In this document: positions 1 through 12,894 of the stretch, piece after piece
Position numbering within the stretch: the first letter of the stretch is position 1
Layout: every line of letters begins with the position of its first letter
Origin: Fistulifera solaris
Taxonomy: Eukaryota
DNA length: 64,000 bases
Direction of reading: 5' to 3'
NCBI GenBank assembly: GCA_030295235.1
Contig: AP026130.1
Coordinates: 186,001-250,000, forward strand
Notes under the pieces: model-generated
The model's input: only the letters and a program-made list of their open reading frames with translations
Database searches by the model: none
Told to the model about the DNA's origin: nothing
Program-made: the position numbers and the translations under genes

Positions 1-214
1 CGCGCCACAACGATGATGAGTGACACGTGACACCGCGTAAACAAAAAGGCAAAACTGAGTCACCATTATGACAATATCCAAGAAAACAACAAGAACTACC
101 GGTGCCTCTAGAGTCTACAAAAGTTGCCATTACTTTATCCTTCCTCTTTTGATCTTTTGAGTTAAAAGCAAAGTCCGCAGACGCAAAGCATAGTCATCCA
201 AGTCGATACACAAG

Positions 215-3200
215 ATGAGAATAAGTCTGTTTTCTTCCACGGCATGTCTCTGCGTCGTATCTTGGATACTTCCTTCGGTCGCCTTTCATGTCGCCCCTTC
301 GAACCGGAACAACATTGCCGTACAAACATTGAGTGGAAGCCCAGTCGCTAGTACAGTTTTGAAGATGGGCATGTTTGAAGATTTCGTGTCGGGTCAAGAC
401 AAAAATGTCCGTCAGCAGGAAAATGCGGCGTATTTACAACAACTCCAAACCCGCGTCGAACGAATCAATGCCCTGGAGTCGTCGGTGGAAGAATTGGGAG
501 ATGATGAATTGATGGCCAAGACGCAAGAATTTAGACAACGCTTATCGCAAGGAGAAGATATTAATGGAAAATTATTGGAAGAAGCGTTTGCGGTGGTCCG
601 AGAAGCGTCCTGGTGAGTAGACTCACTCGTTCTTTTGATGGGCGATGACTCTTTTTCCCTTTTTCTCATTCATACCCGTGTTTCTTAGGCGCGTCTTGGA
701 ACTCCGTCATTACGATGTGCAATTGTTGGGTGGTTTGATCTTGCACGATGGTCGTTTGGCGGAAATGGCCACCGGTGAAGGAAAAACCTTGGTGTCCACG
801 TTACCCGCGTACGTCAATGCCTTGACGGGGCAAACCTCTTTCGTGATTACCGTCAATGACTATTTGGCACGACGAGATATGGAGAAAATGGGACAAATTC
901 ATCGTTTTTTGGGATTGACGGTCGGGTTGGTCCAAGCCAACATGAACGAACAACAGCGCAAACAGGCGTATGCGTGTGATATTGTGTATGTTACCAATAG
1001 TGAATTGGGATTTGATTATTTGCGAGATCATTTGGCGTTGTCGCCAGAGCAGACGGTGTTACCGGGAGGTGCCGGCGAATTTAGTGGGTTTTGTGTTGTG
1101 GATGAAGCGGATTCGGTTTTGATTGATGAAGCACGGACACCGTTGATTGTCAGTAAACAAGTGGCGGCACCGGCAAACAAGTATGCTGCCGCGAATGCTA
1201 TTGCGGGGGCTTTGAAGGCGGGTCTGCATTATACGGTTGATCTCAAAAACAAGAATTGTGTCCTCACCGAAGTAGGTTTCAAAGAATCCGAAGCGGCGCT
1301 GGGAGTAGATTCACTCTTTTCTATTCAAGCCGATGGGTCTGCTTGGGCTCCTTATATCACGAATGCGGTCAAGGCAAAGGAGCTATTTAACAAAGACGTC
1401 GAATACACTATTTTAAAGGATGGTAGTGGAAAGGATATTGGTGTTGGCATTATCGACTCTTTTACTGGTCGCGTTTTGGATGGACGTCGTTGGTCGGATG
1501 GGTTACATCAGAGCATCGAAGCGAAAGAAGGTATCGAAGTCAGTCAACAAAGTAAAGTCATTGCGAAAGTCACCTATCAAGCGCTGTTCCGACAATTTTC
1601 GCGTTTGTCAGGCATGACGGGTACCGCCATGTCGGATGCGCAAGAATTTGAGCAAACGTACGGTTTGAAAGTAGTCCCCGTTCCTACCGCTTTGCCAATC
1701 GCACGTCGCGACTATCCGGATGTTAGTTTTAAAACCCGTGCGGCTGCCAATCGTGCATTGGTAAAGGAAGTTGTGAACGTGGGCGGTGGTCAACCCGGTG
1801 GACGCCCCTGTTTGATCGGAACGACATCGGTGGCTCAGAGTGAAGAACTGATCAAAGCTTTGGAAGAGGAAGGAATTGAGGCCGAGCTGCTGAACGCCTC
1901 ACCCCAGAATGCTCCACGTGAATCCGAAATTATCGCGCAAGCGGGACGTGCGGGTGTCGTCACGGTGGCCACGAACATGGCAGGTCGAGGTACAGACATT
2001 TTGTTAGGTGGATGTCCCACAACCATGGCTCGTATCAAGACGAGATCGGTGCTACTAGAAGAAGGTGTCGTTGCCTCGAAGAAGAACTGGCGCTTGTACC
2101 GCCATCTCCGGACGAGGATTACTACCCTGCAGATGTAGATGAAGATGCTATCACAACGCTTAAAGACGCCGCCAAAGCAATGAAGAGAGTTTTCGCCGAC
2201 GGAGTCAGTGCCATTGAATTGGATGACATTTTGACGGTGGCTTTTGATACGACAGAAGCTGATGACGAACCTGAGTATGTGACACTACTAAGAGAAGCAG
2301 CCGATTCCATTAAAGAAACGTTCAAGGAAGTGCTGGCAGATGAGAAAGCAGCTGTCAAAGCGAAAGGTGGTCTTTACGTTATGGGTACGAATCGTCACGA
2401 AAGTTCTCGTATCGATCTTCAGCTCCGAGGACGTGCTGGGCGTCAAGGAGACCCTGGGTCATCTCGTTTCTTTTTATCCTTCGAAGATGACATGTTTGTC
2501 ATCTTCGGTGGAGACAAGTTGAAAAACATGTTGAATATGTTTCGTGTGAGTGAAGATATGCCCGTAGAAGCCGAACAAGTAACTGAAGCTTTGAATAAAG
2601 TCCAGAACGCAGTCGAGGAAAAGTATCGAGAGATCCGAGCTGAGATTTTTAACTTTGATGATGTCCTCAATAGTCAACGTTCCGTCATTTACAAGCGCCG
2701 CAGAGATATTCTATTTTCCTCACCAGACGAATCACTTCGAATAATCAAGGAATACAACATGCAGACAGTATCAGATATCGTCAAGGGGCAAACGGACAAG
2801 GATGGAACTGTCAACGTCTCCAAGCTGTTGCAAAAGGTGTATCAATTTTTCCCTCTGGTGCAACCGTTTATATCAGAAGATGATCTCGTTGGCAAAGACA
2901 AGAGCACAATTGAGACATTTGTTAAGGTGGCTGTTGAAGAAGTGTTTAACTCAAAACTGGAAACACAACCAAATCTTGTTCGATCAGCCAATTATGCTAC
3001 GCTTGTAACCATGGACAATGCATGGAGTGATCATTTACAAGCAATGGAAAACTTGAAGGAAAGTGTGATTCTTCTCAAATATCAAAACCGTGACCCTGTT
3101 TCCGAGTACAAAAATCAATCATTCAACCTCTTTAAGAATTTGGAAGATACAATGCGTCGGAATGCGGTTTTCTCGCTTTGGCAAAGTCTTGCTGCTAGCG

Positions 3201-3226
3201 GACAACCGGCTACTCAAACAGCGTAA
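215..3226 (+). CDS. secA: Plastid-targeted preprotein translocase SecA (intron 613-688; frameshift ~2075)
   Basis: Signal peptide plus 'AF' plastid motif (MRISLF...SVAFHV). SecA motifs AEMATGEGKT, VDEADSVLIDEARTPLI, ATNMAGRGTDI and HESSRIDLQLRGRAGRQGDPG. The GTGAGT...TTAG intron restores EASW-RVL. ORFs 645-2138 and 2012-3226 join by a 1-nt indel. Confidence 0.95.
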
Positions 3227-3380
3227 TATTCACCTTGCAGCGACCATCGTTGCCTGCGGTGTATCATAAATTCTACTTAATATTCTCTATTTTCGCAATA
3301 GAGTTCCAAATAAGCTTCGTTACGTCTGCTTGTCGTTGATCTGCGATCATCATCGGTCGTCCGCATTTGCCAATGCTCCG

Positions 3381-6250
3381 TCAACTTGGCTGGTCATTTC
3401 TATCGTCGTCGTCGTCGTCGGCGGCGGCGGTGTTCCCTTTTCTGTCGCGGTGCTTTGCTCCCAAAGTAGATTCAACGAAGCGGTCATCGTAACGCAACTG
3501 AGCGGGAACAAAAGAGTTTTCATAGACATGCAGTTCAATTGCTGTTTCGTCTGCCGAGATAAGTCGCTCGAAGGAGCTTTGAATAAATGGGTCGTTGGTG
3601 GAAACGCAATCGATCGCGTCTTTCCTGTGTAAATCTCCTTGGCTAGAATCGTCGATACGAAGTAAGGATGACTGTCTTCGTCGTCGAAGTCCCTTAGTTT
3701 TCTCCAAAGTTGTTGTGGAGGTAGATGTAAGGTGCAGATCCTAGACCACCATCTACTATTTCAAATCCCATAGATTCTGGTACTTCCCTCTCGTCTAAAG
3801 GAACTGACTTTTTTCTTAAAGCTTTCACGACATCTGAGCTTTCATTCTCCATTATTTCGCGAACACAGTATTGCGCCGCCATTCTTAGTTTTTCCAACGC
3901 TGACCACTCTTTCTTAAACATTCCTTGCTGAACCTCTGTTCGCGGTAGAATTCTCCCGAAAAATTGCTGTCCAGGTATAGATTGATCATTGCATGGAATT
4001 TTAGGCAATATCTTAGTAACCTCGGCGTGGGAGCACGGAAGAGGTCTGTCGTGGTGCCGACTTATGTTGAACGAAGGCACTTGCGTGATATAGGTTCCGA
4101 AGGCCAAACACTTGGCATCTTTCAGCTTAAGGGCATCTTGGCGACGATGACGGGCTGACTTCGATTCGTTTTGCAGCTTCTCGATGGCTTTAGAGATCTT
4201 GTCGTCGTGAGATAGGCTGCCAAAGCACGAGTCTACCACCATCATGTGCGGACCAAGCAAGCCGTAAACGATTATCTTAGAGCTCCAAGTCAAAATAAAC
4301 TCCCATGGTAACAATAGGCTCACCAGCCCTGCGACCAAAAAATCCCGCAGTTATCCAGAAAGAAATGACCCCTTCTTCCCATGTGACAAGAATTTTGACG
4401 ACGCGCATGTAGTGACAGTACTTTGCTATGATGCCTTGATATCGTGACAGTCGCTCTAACAGGTCTAAAGGAATGCTAATGTTGGCCTGTTTGGTGTGAA
4501 TAGCCTCGTCGCCGATCGCATTCAGCTTCTGTTGTAGCTCGGTCAGAGTCGCAATATGTTTCTGATCACGCTCGACGCGGTCTCTCCAAGCCTTTTCATG
4601 AGCATCGATCTGTTCCATAAGATGGAAGGGTTCGATACGCTCAAACTGAATCGGAGTCTCGCCTACCAGCAATATTTGTAAGTAGTTTTGAAACGATGGG
4701 CATCCAAACCATGGCGACGGGTGTTGTCGCCTTTGCATCAGTGTGATTAGCATGATCCACCCAACACCCAAGAAGCAAAACGCCGGAAATAGAGAAGGTC
4801 TCTCTAGTAGTTTGCTGCAGGCTAAGAAGAAGACGAGAGAGTGCAATGGAAGGACCATTTCAAAGACTTGTACCTGTCCTCGCCAAAAGATCAGAGATTG
4901 GATACTGTCAACCATGCAATATCCCAACGTGTTTTTATATTCCAGTATTTCATTGATGTATGATCGCACGATCGTGATATCCAACCCTTGTTCCGTGTGA
5001 TCCCCAAATTCTCCGTGACAGGTGTAGTGTAGAACTTTAAAGCTCTTCTCCTTTTCTACATTGACATGAAACTTCGGACGTGATCGGATTCCTGCCACCA
5101 AAGCTTCTCGCTCATTGAAATACTCCAAACGAATTCGTACCGTAATTTGACCAGCCGATATGCGATCGGTGACATGAGAATTCGGATACAAATTATAGGT
5201 GAGTGTGTACTCTGTGTTGCGTTGTAGATTGCTGAGATTGACGACCACCCGTCCCAATGGATCATGATCACCGAGACAATCAAAGTCAAACGCTCCCAAA
5301 TACAGCAAACTGGATGGATGCATGATTTTGATGCAAAATGCTCTCTGGGTCCAGGGCATCCAGTGAGGACTGAGTTCATCGTCAATGACCGGTGTTTGGA
5401 CCATGGCGTCTTCGAACACGGCACAGACAAAACAGTCGGTCAAATTTCCGATACTCCCTCCGATATCGACGTTCGGAAGATCGGAACATTTCAGTACTTC
5501 TAAGTAGAGATGTCCGATGGAACCTGATCCGGCGGTTACCCAATGCTGGGAAGGAGCAAATATGGTTTCCTTGATAGCTTCTTTCGACATGTACGTTGTT
5601 TGTTCGACTCGTTGCGGATCGGCGTGCGGTTTGACGTAAACATTGGAAACATTCTGGACCATTGTCTGCAAAATGGTAGATACGGAACGTCCCAAGTTCT
5701 TCCATTCGTTCGCTTCGGTGACCAATGTGGCGGTGGGTACGGCTTCTCTCCAAGGATTATCGTTGCGATATAATTTCGTCAAAAATGCAATATCACTGTC
5801 GGTAGCCAATCGAAAGCGCATCGTTAAAGTCACATTCTCTGTCACCTGGATATCCATATGCTCCTCTGGCGAAGCTAAAATGGCATCTCCGTTCACTAAC
5901 GCGTGTCCTACTAAACCCGTATCCCACGTGGTCAGATGCAATGGATCTTTTTGTTGGTACCGAACCGTGATTTCCAAAGGATCCAAAGCCAACTCGCGCG
6001 GCGTCGCATCCCACCAAAAAAGTGACTTTTTCGACAACGACCATATTCCACCCTCTTCGGCCGAACCGGTCTGATGTCGAAAGGTTCGTCCAAACGCAAT
6101 TTGGCAAAAATATTGGTGATTGTTGGGGTCAACGCCGGAAATTCCGACAACTTCTCCTAAAAGACGAATGGTTTCATCCTTTGCCAGCAATTCTATTTCC
6201 TGTTCGTACGCTTTCCGTGTGTCGTCACATTGGGTAATGGAAGCCTCCAT
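3381..6250 (-). CDS. C2-domain multi-pass membrane protein (MCTP-like architecture); frameshifts ~4340 and ~3705
   Basis: C2 motif (LYLEVLKCSDLPNVD...TDCFV...TPVIDDELSPHW...FDFD...HDPLGRV) followed by hydrophobic segments. Three consecutive minus-strand ORFs; both ends are approximate. Confidence 0.7.
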
Positions 6251-6878
6251 TTTTCCTGCATTTGTTTCAATGTTGATGATGTTGTTGTTCTTCCGCCGAT
6301 GCTGGGGGCTGCAAATAGAGCTTTGGCGCGAATTGGAGTCCGACCGTTGAAAGTCGAAGGGCTCTATTTGATTTCCGTTGAATGGATCGTTGAAAGAAAG
6401 ACTTACCGAAGTCTTGGAGGATTCTGTCTATTTATAAACATGAGGCCTGGCCAGCGTTTCGTACTATTTAAACTATACAAACGACAAAGCTAGGACAAGG
6501 TTGCTATGTCGTATCGGGTATCGCTGAGACTTTATTTGACGAACAATGAAACGAACGTCGTCGAACGACGAACACGGAACACGGCGGAAACCGGGGTGTG
6601 TGTGGTTGGAACGATTGACCTCGCCCGAGCACGAAGCTGGCACGAAGATCTCAAGTACTTTATATTCGATACAACGCTCGCCATTTCTGCCTCGTCGCTT
6701 CCGAACCTCACGTCGCAGACTCGAACAAAGAGTAGACGGAGGGAATCCTGCACAGCCAAAATAAATCTGCAGCAAATTTGGACCGAGCAGCGGCGGATTA
6801 TAATTGCAATGAAAAGTCTTGTAATCACCGTTGTTATTTTTGTTTCTTTTTCTCATTTTCCTATCTGATACTCCAAAA

Positions 6879-8844
6879 ATGACTTATCAAGGATTAGTTG
6901 TTCTTTGGGCCGCCGCAGCCGTCTCCATGGTCTCCGCCAGTCTCGCTGTACCCAGCTTTCCCTTGACTACGCTCCACGAGGATATCTCTTCGATTGCCCA
7001 AGCGCTCCGTGAAAACGGTTTACTGGCTATCGAAATGCCCTCGGAGTATACCGCCACCAGGAACTACGCCTTGAGTGGCGTTTGTTCGTGCTGGAATTCT
7101 CTTGCAGAAGCTCGCAGTGTCCTCGGTGGTAATACTATGAGCGGTCTCTTGCAACAAGGTGCGAGAACGACGGTAGCCACCGCCACAGTGGGCTCGACAC
7201 CGCTGCCCTTGCCGACGGAAATCGCTCAAATGTGTGGAGCGGACGTGGCGGATGCACTGGATACTTTGCGTGATCAAGTAGCTGCAGCTTCCCAAGCGTT
7301 CATCGCCGCTTGGGATCAATCGATTCCTTCGTCTCGCACTCCGCTGCTCCGTACCAAACACGGAGTCGAGTATCATCGCATTCACGATATTGTGAAGGCC
7401 TCTACTAACTTGGAACACTTTCATTTGTATTCCAAGACAACTGGTGACGAAGACGATCCTGATTTGAGCGTGCACACGGATGCGGGTCTCTTTTGAGTTT
7501 CGTTCCCGCCTTGGATTGCACGAATGGAGAGGATTCGTCATTTTGGGTCGAAGACGTTCACGGCACGTTGCAACCCGTCAAGTTTGCCGAAAACGCGGTC
7601 ATCATCATGATGGGTGCCGGCGCCGAACACTGGTTGCAATCTCCTCTCAAAGTCCGCGCCACCCGACATGCCGTTCGTATGCCCGTCGGGACGGTGCGTT
7701 CTTGGTACGGAATGAGTAAGTATTACGAAATGGACATGTTATTAAAGGCTTGTGCAGATCATTGTCTGACATAATCGCCCTTCGTTTTATATCTATTTCA
7801 GTGCATTTGGTTCCTTCTACGGCCATCATTCAAGAATCCCCCGAACCACGTACGTTGGCGGATTTGCAACAAGCGCTCGTACACACACGCTCCGACACGA
7901 CTTTGCAAATGCGTTATCAAGATGACGTGATTTCGATGGGGTGCGGTAGTGTTCCCGTCCAGGAATCCGTGGTCAGCAACGACGATTCGGCGTCTCCGCG
8001 TCGCCGTTTGGCCATGGTGGACAATGCCAGTGTCTGTAATAACGTCACTAACTTTTACTGTTGGATGTCGTGTTTAGACATTCCCGAAGCGGATCAAGCC
8101 CAGCAGCATTTGGAAAATGGACATGGTCTCTATTGCGTCGACCCATCGGTCATGCATTCCACCAACAACGATGTGGCGCAAGGGGTTGAACCTTGTATCG
8201 GTGAAGATGGCCTATTCGGAAGTGCCATGAATGAAGCTTGTGTCGGTAGTTGGCAACCTAGGGTAGATCATTTGGCTGCGGTCCCTATCAGTCTCGACGA
8301 TAGCCAATTTTCACAGGAAGAAGCACCGTACTGTTACGGAGGGTCTGTCATGTTTCACGACGGATTCCAATGGAAGAGTACGACGTGTGCGATCCTGTTG
8401 TTTCCTCAATGGGTTTTGAGTACGCAAGGTCAATTCATTGCCGGCTGCTTTGGAACGGTGTTGTTGGGTGTCTTGGTAGAATTCATCTTGTTCCAACGCC
8501 GCAAAGTAATGAAACGTATGGAGCAATCGTCGCGTGCCATGCGCTTGACCATGTCAGCAATCGTTTATGGTTTGCAGTTGACCATCGGATACATGGTCAT
8601 GTTGGTGGTGATGATTTATTCGGCCCCTTTGTTTGTTGCCGTGATTGGAGGCCTGGCACTGGGTCACGTTCTGTTCAACGCCAAAGACGCTGTCTTTGCG
8701 ACGTCTTCGCCAACGACTGTTGCAAAAGCACAAGAAACTCTCAGTGAAGAAGATGGGACCGAAAAAGCATCACAATCACGCTGTTGTAGTGAAGATACTG
8801 ACCATGCGGAGGGCATTACACCATGCTGTCAACACACCTTGTAA
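6879..8844 (+). CDS. Signal peptide + 2OG-Fe(II) oxygenase-like domain + Cys-rich linker + Ctr (SLC31) copper-transporter domain (frameshift ~7491; intron 7716-7801)
   Basis: N-terminal signal peptide MTYQGLVVLWAAAAVSMVSA. HxD motif (VHTDAGLF), distal His (RATRHAV) and RSW. The GTAAG...TTCAG intron gives WYGM-MHLVP in frame. The C-terminus has three TM helices with MLVVM (MxxxM) and GLALG (GxxxG). Confidence 0.8.
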
Positions 8845-9029
8845 AGCGAAACGGGATGAAACGGTTAATAGCCAGTAATATGTACATAAATAACTCTTGA
8901 AAAGCTGATGTTAATGGATAGTTTATAAATGAGTATTTTCCCACGAATAAGCAACATGTGCAATGCTCGGCTCGACCCCCTTTATTGTCCCCTTTAGGCC
9001 GAAATGCATTCCGATCGTTTTACTAACAT

Positions 9030-9083
9030 TTTACTATAGGCCCAAAGTGTTGCCGGTTTTCTCCACGACTGCATTTCAGTCAC
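9030..9083 (+). repeat. Dispersed intergenic element, copy 1 (TTTACTATAGG-N23-CACGACTGCATTTCAGTC)
   Basis: The core recurs at 12874, 25688, 48838 (minus) and 61174; the upstream TTTACTATAGG box recurs at identical spacing at 61141. Confidence 0.75.
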
Positions 9084-9344
9084 CGTTATCTACTTCATCT
9101 ATTTCATTTTGTAGCAAATTTTTTCCTCAACATTGAAAATGGAGCCAATAGTGTCGAATGACTAGTCGTGAATCGGTTAAAGATACAATTGCGTTGTAAT
9201 TGTCTATAAAAAAAAACTCCCTTGTGTTTCACGGAAGAATGCTTGGATTTTACATCCGTTTGTAGTTAGACGCTAGTGGCGTCTGCCACCTTAGACGCCA
9301 ATAAAGTACGAGAATTCTTATTTCAAAGCAGTCTTAATACAGAT

Positions 9345-10584
9345 AGATAATCTGGGCTGTTCCACAAATTCTGGACCACGTATAATTCATTCAAACAGAA
9401 AATCTGGGTTGGTCCAGAAATTCCAGACCAGGTGTTTTCCATTCGTAAAATCTGGGCTGGTCCAGAAATTCTGGACCAGGTGTATTTCATTCCTACAGAA
9501 AATCTGAGCTGGTCCAGAATTTCTGGACCAGGTGTATTTCATTCGTACAGAATTCAAGGCTGGTCCAGAAATTCTGGACCAGATGTATTTCAATCATCAA
9601 TCATACAGAAAATGTGGGGAGGTCCAGAAATTTTGGACCACGTATAATTTATTCATACCGAAGATCTGGGCTGGTCCAGAAATTATGGACCACGTATAAT
9701 TCATTCATACCGAAAATTTGTGCTGGTCCAGAAATTCAGGACTAGGTGTATTTCATTCATACCGAAAATTTGGGCGGGTCCAGAAATTCTGGAGCAGGTG
9801 TATTCCAATCATACAGAATACGTGCGGTGGTCCAGAAAATTCTGGACCACGTATATTTCATTCATACAGAAAATCTAGGCTGGTCCAGAAATTCTGGACC
9901 ACGTATATTTCATTCATACAGAAAATCTGGACTAGTCCAGAAAATCTGGACCAGATGTATTTCATTCTTACAGAAAATCTGGGCTGGTCCAGAAATTCTG
10001 GACCACGTATATTTCATTCTTACAGAAAATCTGGGCTGGTCCAGAAATTCCAGACCAGTTGTATTTCTTTCAAATAGATGGTCTGGGCTGGTCCAGAAAT
10101 TCCAGACCAGGTGTTTTCCATTCGTAAAGAAAATTTGGACCAGGTGTACTTCATTCCTACAGAAAATCTGAGCATCAGAAATTCTGGACCAGGTGTATTT
10201 CATTCGTACAGAAATTCTAGGCATTCTAGGCTGGTTCAGAAATTCTGGACCAGATGTATTTCAATCATACAGAAAATGTGGGATGGTCCAAAATTTCTGG
10301 ACTATGTGTATTTCATTCATACAGAAAATCTGGCTGTTCCAGAAATTCTGGACCACGGATATTTTATTAATACTGGTACAGATAATCTGGGCTGTTCCAG
10401 AAATTCTGGACCAGTTGTATTTCATTCATACCGAAAATCTGAGTTGGTCCAGAAATATTCTGGACCAGGTGTATTTTCATTTACACAGGAAATCTGAGCT
10501 GGTCCAGAATTTCTGGACTATGTGCATTTCATTCATACAGAAAATCTAGGCTGGTCCAGAAATTCTGGACCGCGTATATTTCAT
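9345..10584. repeat. Tandem minisatellite, ~52-bp unit, ~23 copies, with palindromic core GGTCCAGAA-A-TTCTGGACC
   Basis: Consensus CTGGGCTGGTCCAGAAATTCTGGACCACGTATATTTCATTCATACAGAAAAT; period 52 (e.g. TCTGGACC at 9841 and 9893). Units are diverged, with indels. Confidence 0.95.
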
Positions 10585-10804
10585 TGGCTGTCTTTACTTT
10601 GTCCTTACTTTGTTGTTATGCACTTCGCACAGAGTAATGCGAGGTGCGAGTGACGACTCACTTTTTCGCTCATCGTTCACCTTCATTATTATCGACTCCA
10701 TTATCATTAACGGCTTCATGTTACTAGCGCCTTTCCATTAGAAAACCACTTAATTCGTCGTTCAATTGGTAGCCCGTGATTGATCTTCGTCCGACGGGAA
10801 ACAA

Positions 10805-12677
10805 ATGAAGAACAACACTAGGACGATTGTCGCCGTGTTCGTGCTACTGGGGGCCAATGTTTCCCATGGTTTCCTTTCGCCGTACCGATCCAAAACGAAA
10901 CTAGCACTTCGATCCCAGCAGCAAGAATTGCAAGAGATTCTTCAGCAAGTTACAGTTCTAGAAGAATCCTTGAAAGACGACGACACATCGAATTTCCTAA
11001 AAATAGAAGAGCAAATTTCGTTACTCGAACAACAAATGCAACAATTCGAGCAAATACCGATTCAATTAACAATAAACGAGTTCCAAGAAGCTTGTTGGAC
11101 GATTTTGAATTTACCCGTTGAAGTGCGTGTAGCTCTGTGGTATGCCGTGGAGGAAACGAGCGACGATCTTTGGGAAAAAAGCCACCGATGTTCAGCAAAT
11201 ACCAACCCTCATCACTAAATTGTACGAACAACAACACAATCAAGCAGAATTGGTCACGCGATCACAGGAAGGTCTCCTTATCGCACGGAAAGGCCGTAAG
11301 ACAAAGAAAACACTCACACCAGCTACAACACCCACTAAAACAAAGAAGACACCCCAAACATTTTCCCTATTCAACAACAATAACAACAGCGATGCCGAGA
11401 AGACGATCGAATTGACACCGGAGGAGCAACGCACGGAAAGTATGATCCAACAACTCTTACCACGGGTCACGCGACAATCCGAAGTTACCTCCCAAGAATT
11501 GGCGGTCGTCATGGAAGTCTTGCGTCGCAAAGATATCTTTCTTCCGACATCGACTTCGCCGCGACGAATACCGGGAGGGTATTGTATTTCAGGGACATGG
11601 AAACCGAATCAACAAAGCGTGAGAGAACGATTGAAACGATTGGAAGAACAAGTGCCGAAATCCTTCGACGCCCAGCTGTGTTGGTTGCCCGATTCGTTTT
11701 CGGACACGGACGATGACGATGAACCATTCGGTGTCACGAAAGATCCAGTTTTATTGTTGACCAAACGTGATTTCACGTCCTCCACCCAGCCTCTGCTCAA
11801 CGGCATTGCATCCTTGTCGGCATTTTGTACTTGCATTGTCTTTATTGTTGGTATATACGGTGGCAATGAACTGGTCATGACACGTCTGACACAACCCGAT
11901 TACAGTGGAATTGATTGGTTCAATGGCAAAATTGTGGATTTGTTGGGTCCGCTTTCGCTGGTTTCTGGCATGCACTTGTCGGCACAAGCAGTAGTGGCAC
12001 GATGGGAACAAGTGAAATTGTCGTTTCCGGTCGTCTTGCCCTTTTGGCCTTTACCGTGGATGGGTACCCTCCGTCGTTGTACGAATTCTCCTTCCTCACG
12101 GACGTCCTTGGCGAATGTTGCCTTGGCCGGTCCCGTGGCCGGATTGGTGACATCGGCGGCATTGTTGTGGTTGGGTCTCCAATTGACGGCGACGGCACCT
12201 TCTGAACTCTCCGACTACTTTCCAACATTACCCGTTCGTGTCTTGCAATTGAGTATGGCCGGGGGTTCCATGATTGATTCTGTATTGGGTGGTGCTGCGG
12301 GATTTTTTACAACACAAGAGTCATCCACGGCCATTCCATTGCATCCTTTGGCGGTAGCGGGTTACGTGTCCTTATTGATCCAAGCGGTGGATTTGTTGCC
12401 ATTGGGAGCCACCAATGGTGGTCGATTGTCACTAGCGTTGTTGGGCCGAGAAGGTCATTCGGTGATTGGTGGTCTCACGTGGCTGATTTTATTGCTGGCC
12501 TCTCTTTCCGACGCCCAAACCGATGTCTTGGTCGGCGCATGGATCGTCAATAATGTGGTCCAGAATGATCCCGAAGTTCCATGTCGGAACGAAGTGGATC
12601 CAGTGGGAATCCCACAAGCGGCTGCCGCAATGTTCTTATGGTTCGTCACGGCATTGATCTTGACGCCATTGCTCTAA
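10805..12677 (+). CDS. Plastid-targeted M50/S2P-family EGY-like membrane protein, probably catalytically dead (frameshift ~11175)
   Basis: Signal peptide plus GF motif. M50 segments VALAGPVAG, IPLHPLAVAGY and LLPLGATNGGR. The HExxH site reads MHLSAQ. Confidence 0.75.
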
Positions 12678-12873
12678 AAATTAGAGATGCTTGTAGAGTT
12701 AAACCAAAGTAAACGGATAGCTAGATTTAAACCGCATCATGTCCTAAAGTTTTTGTTAAGTATCAACTTGGATTTAGAATGCAGCATTAATAGTATTTGG
12801 GTCGAAAAGCTTCCGGATCGCATCCTTTCATTGCTACTATACAAAGTAGGGTCGAAATGTCCCCTCAACTCAA

Positions 12874-12894
12874 CCACGACTGGATTTCAGTCAC
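12874..12894 (+). repeat. Dispersed intergenic element, copy 2 (CCACGACTGGATTTCAGTCAC)
   Basis: 20/21 identical to 9063-9083. Confidence 0.7.

Noticed and set aside
645..688. ORF-track N-termini such as MTLFPFFSF (645), MTLFLTHTL (13592) and MYLTVMHS (18213)
   Set aside because: These lie inside introns; the true exons begin at the AG acceptors given in the gene models.
9387..10549. Short ORFs with repeated WSRNSGP/VQKFW peptides
   Set aside because: They are translations of the 52-bp repeat; the period is not a multiple of three and ORFs appear on both strands.
9345..10584. CRISPR array (palindromic repeats at regular spacing)
   Set aside because: The intervening sequences are homologous to one another rather than unique spacers, the repeats are degenerate, there are no cas genes and the context is eukaryotic.
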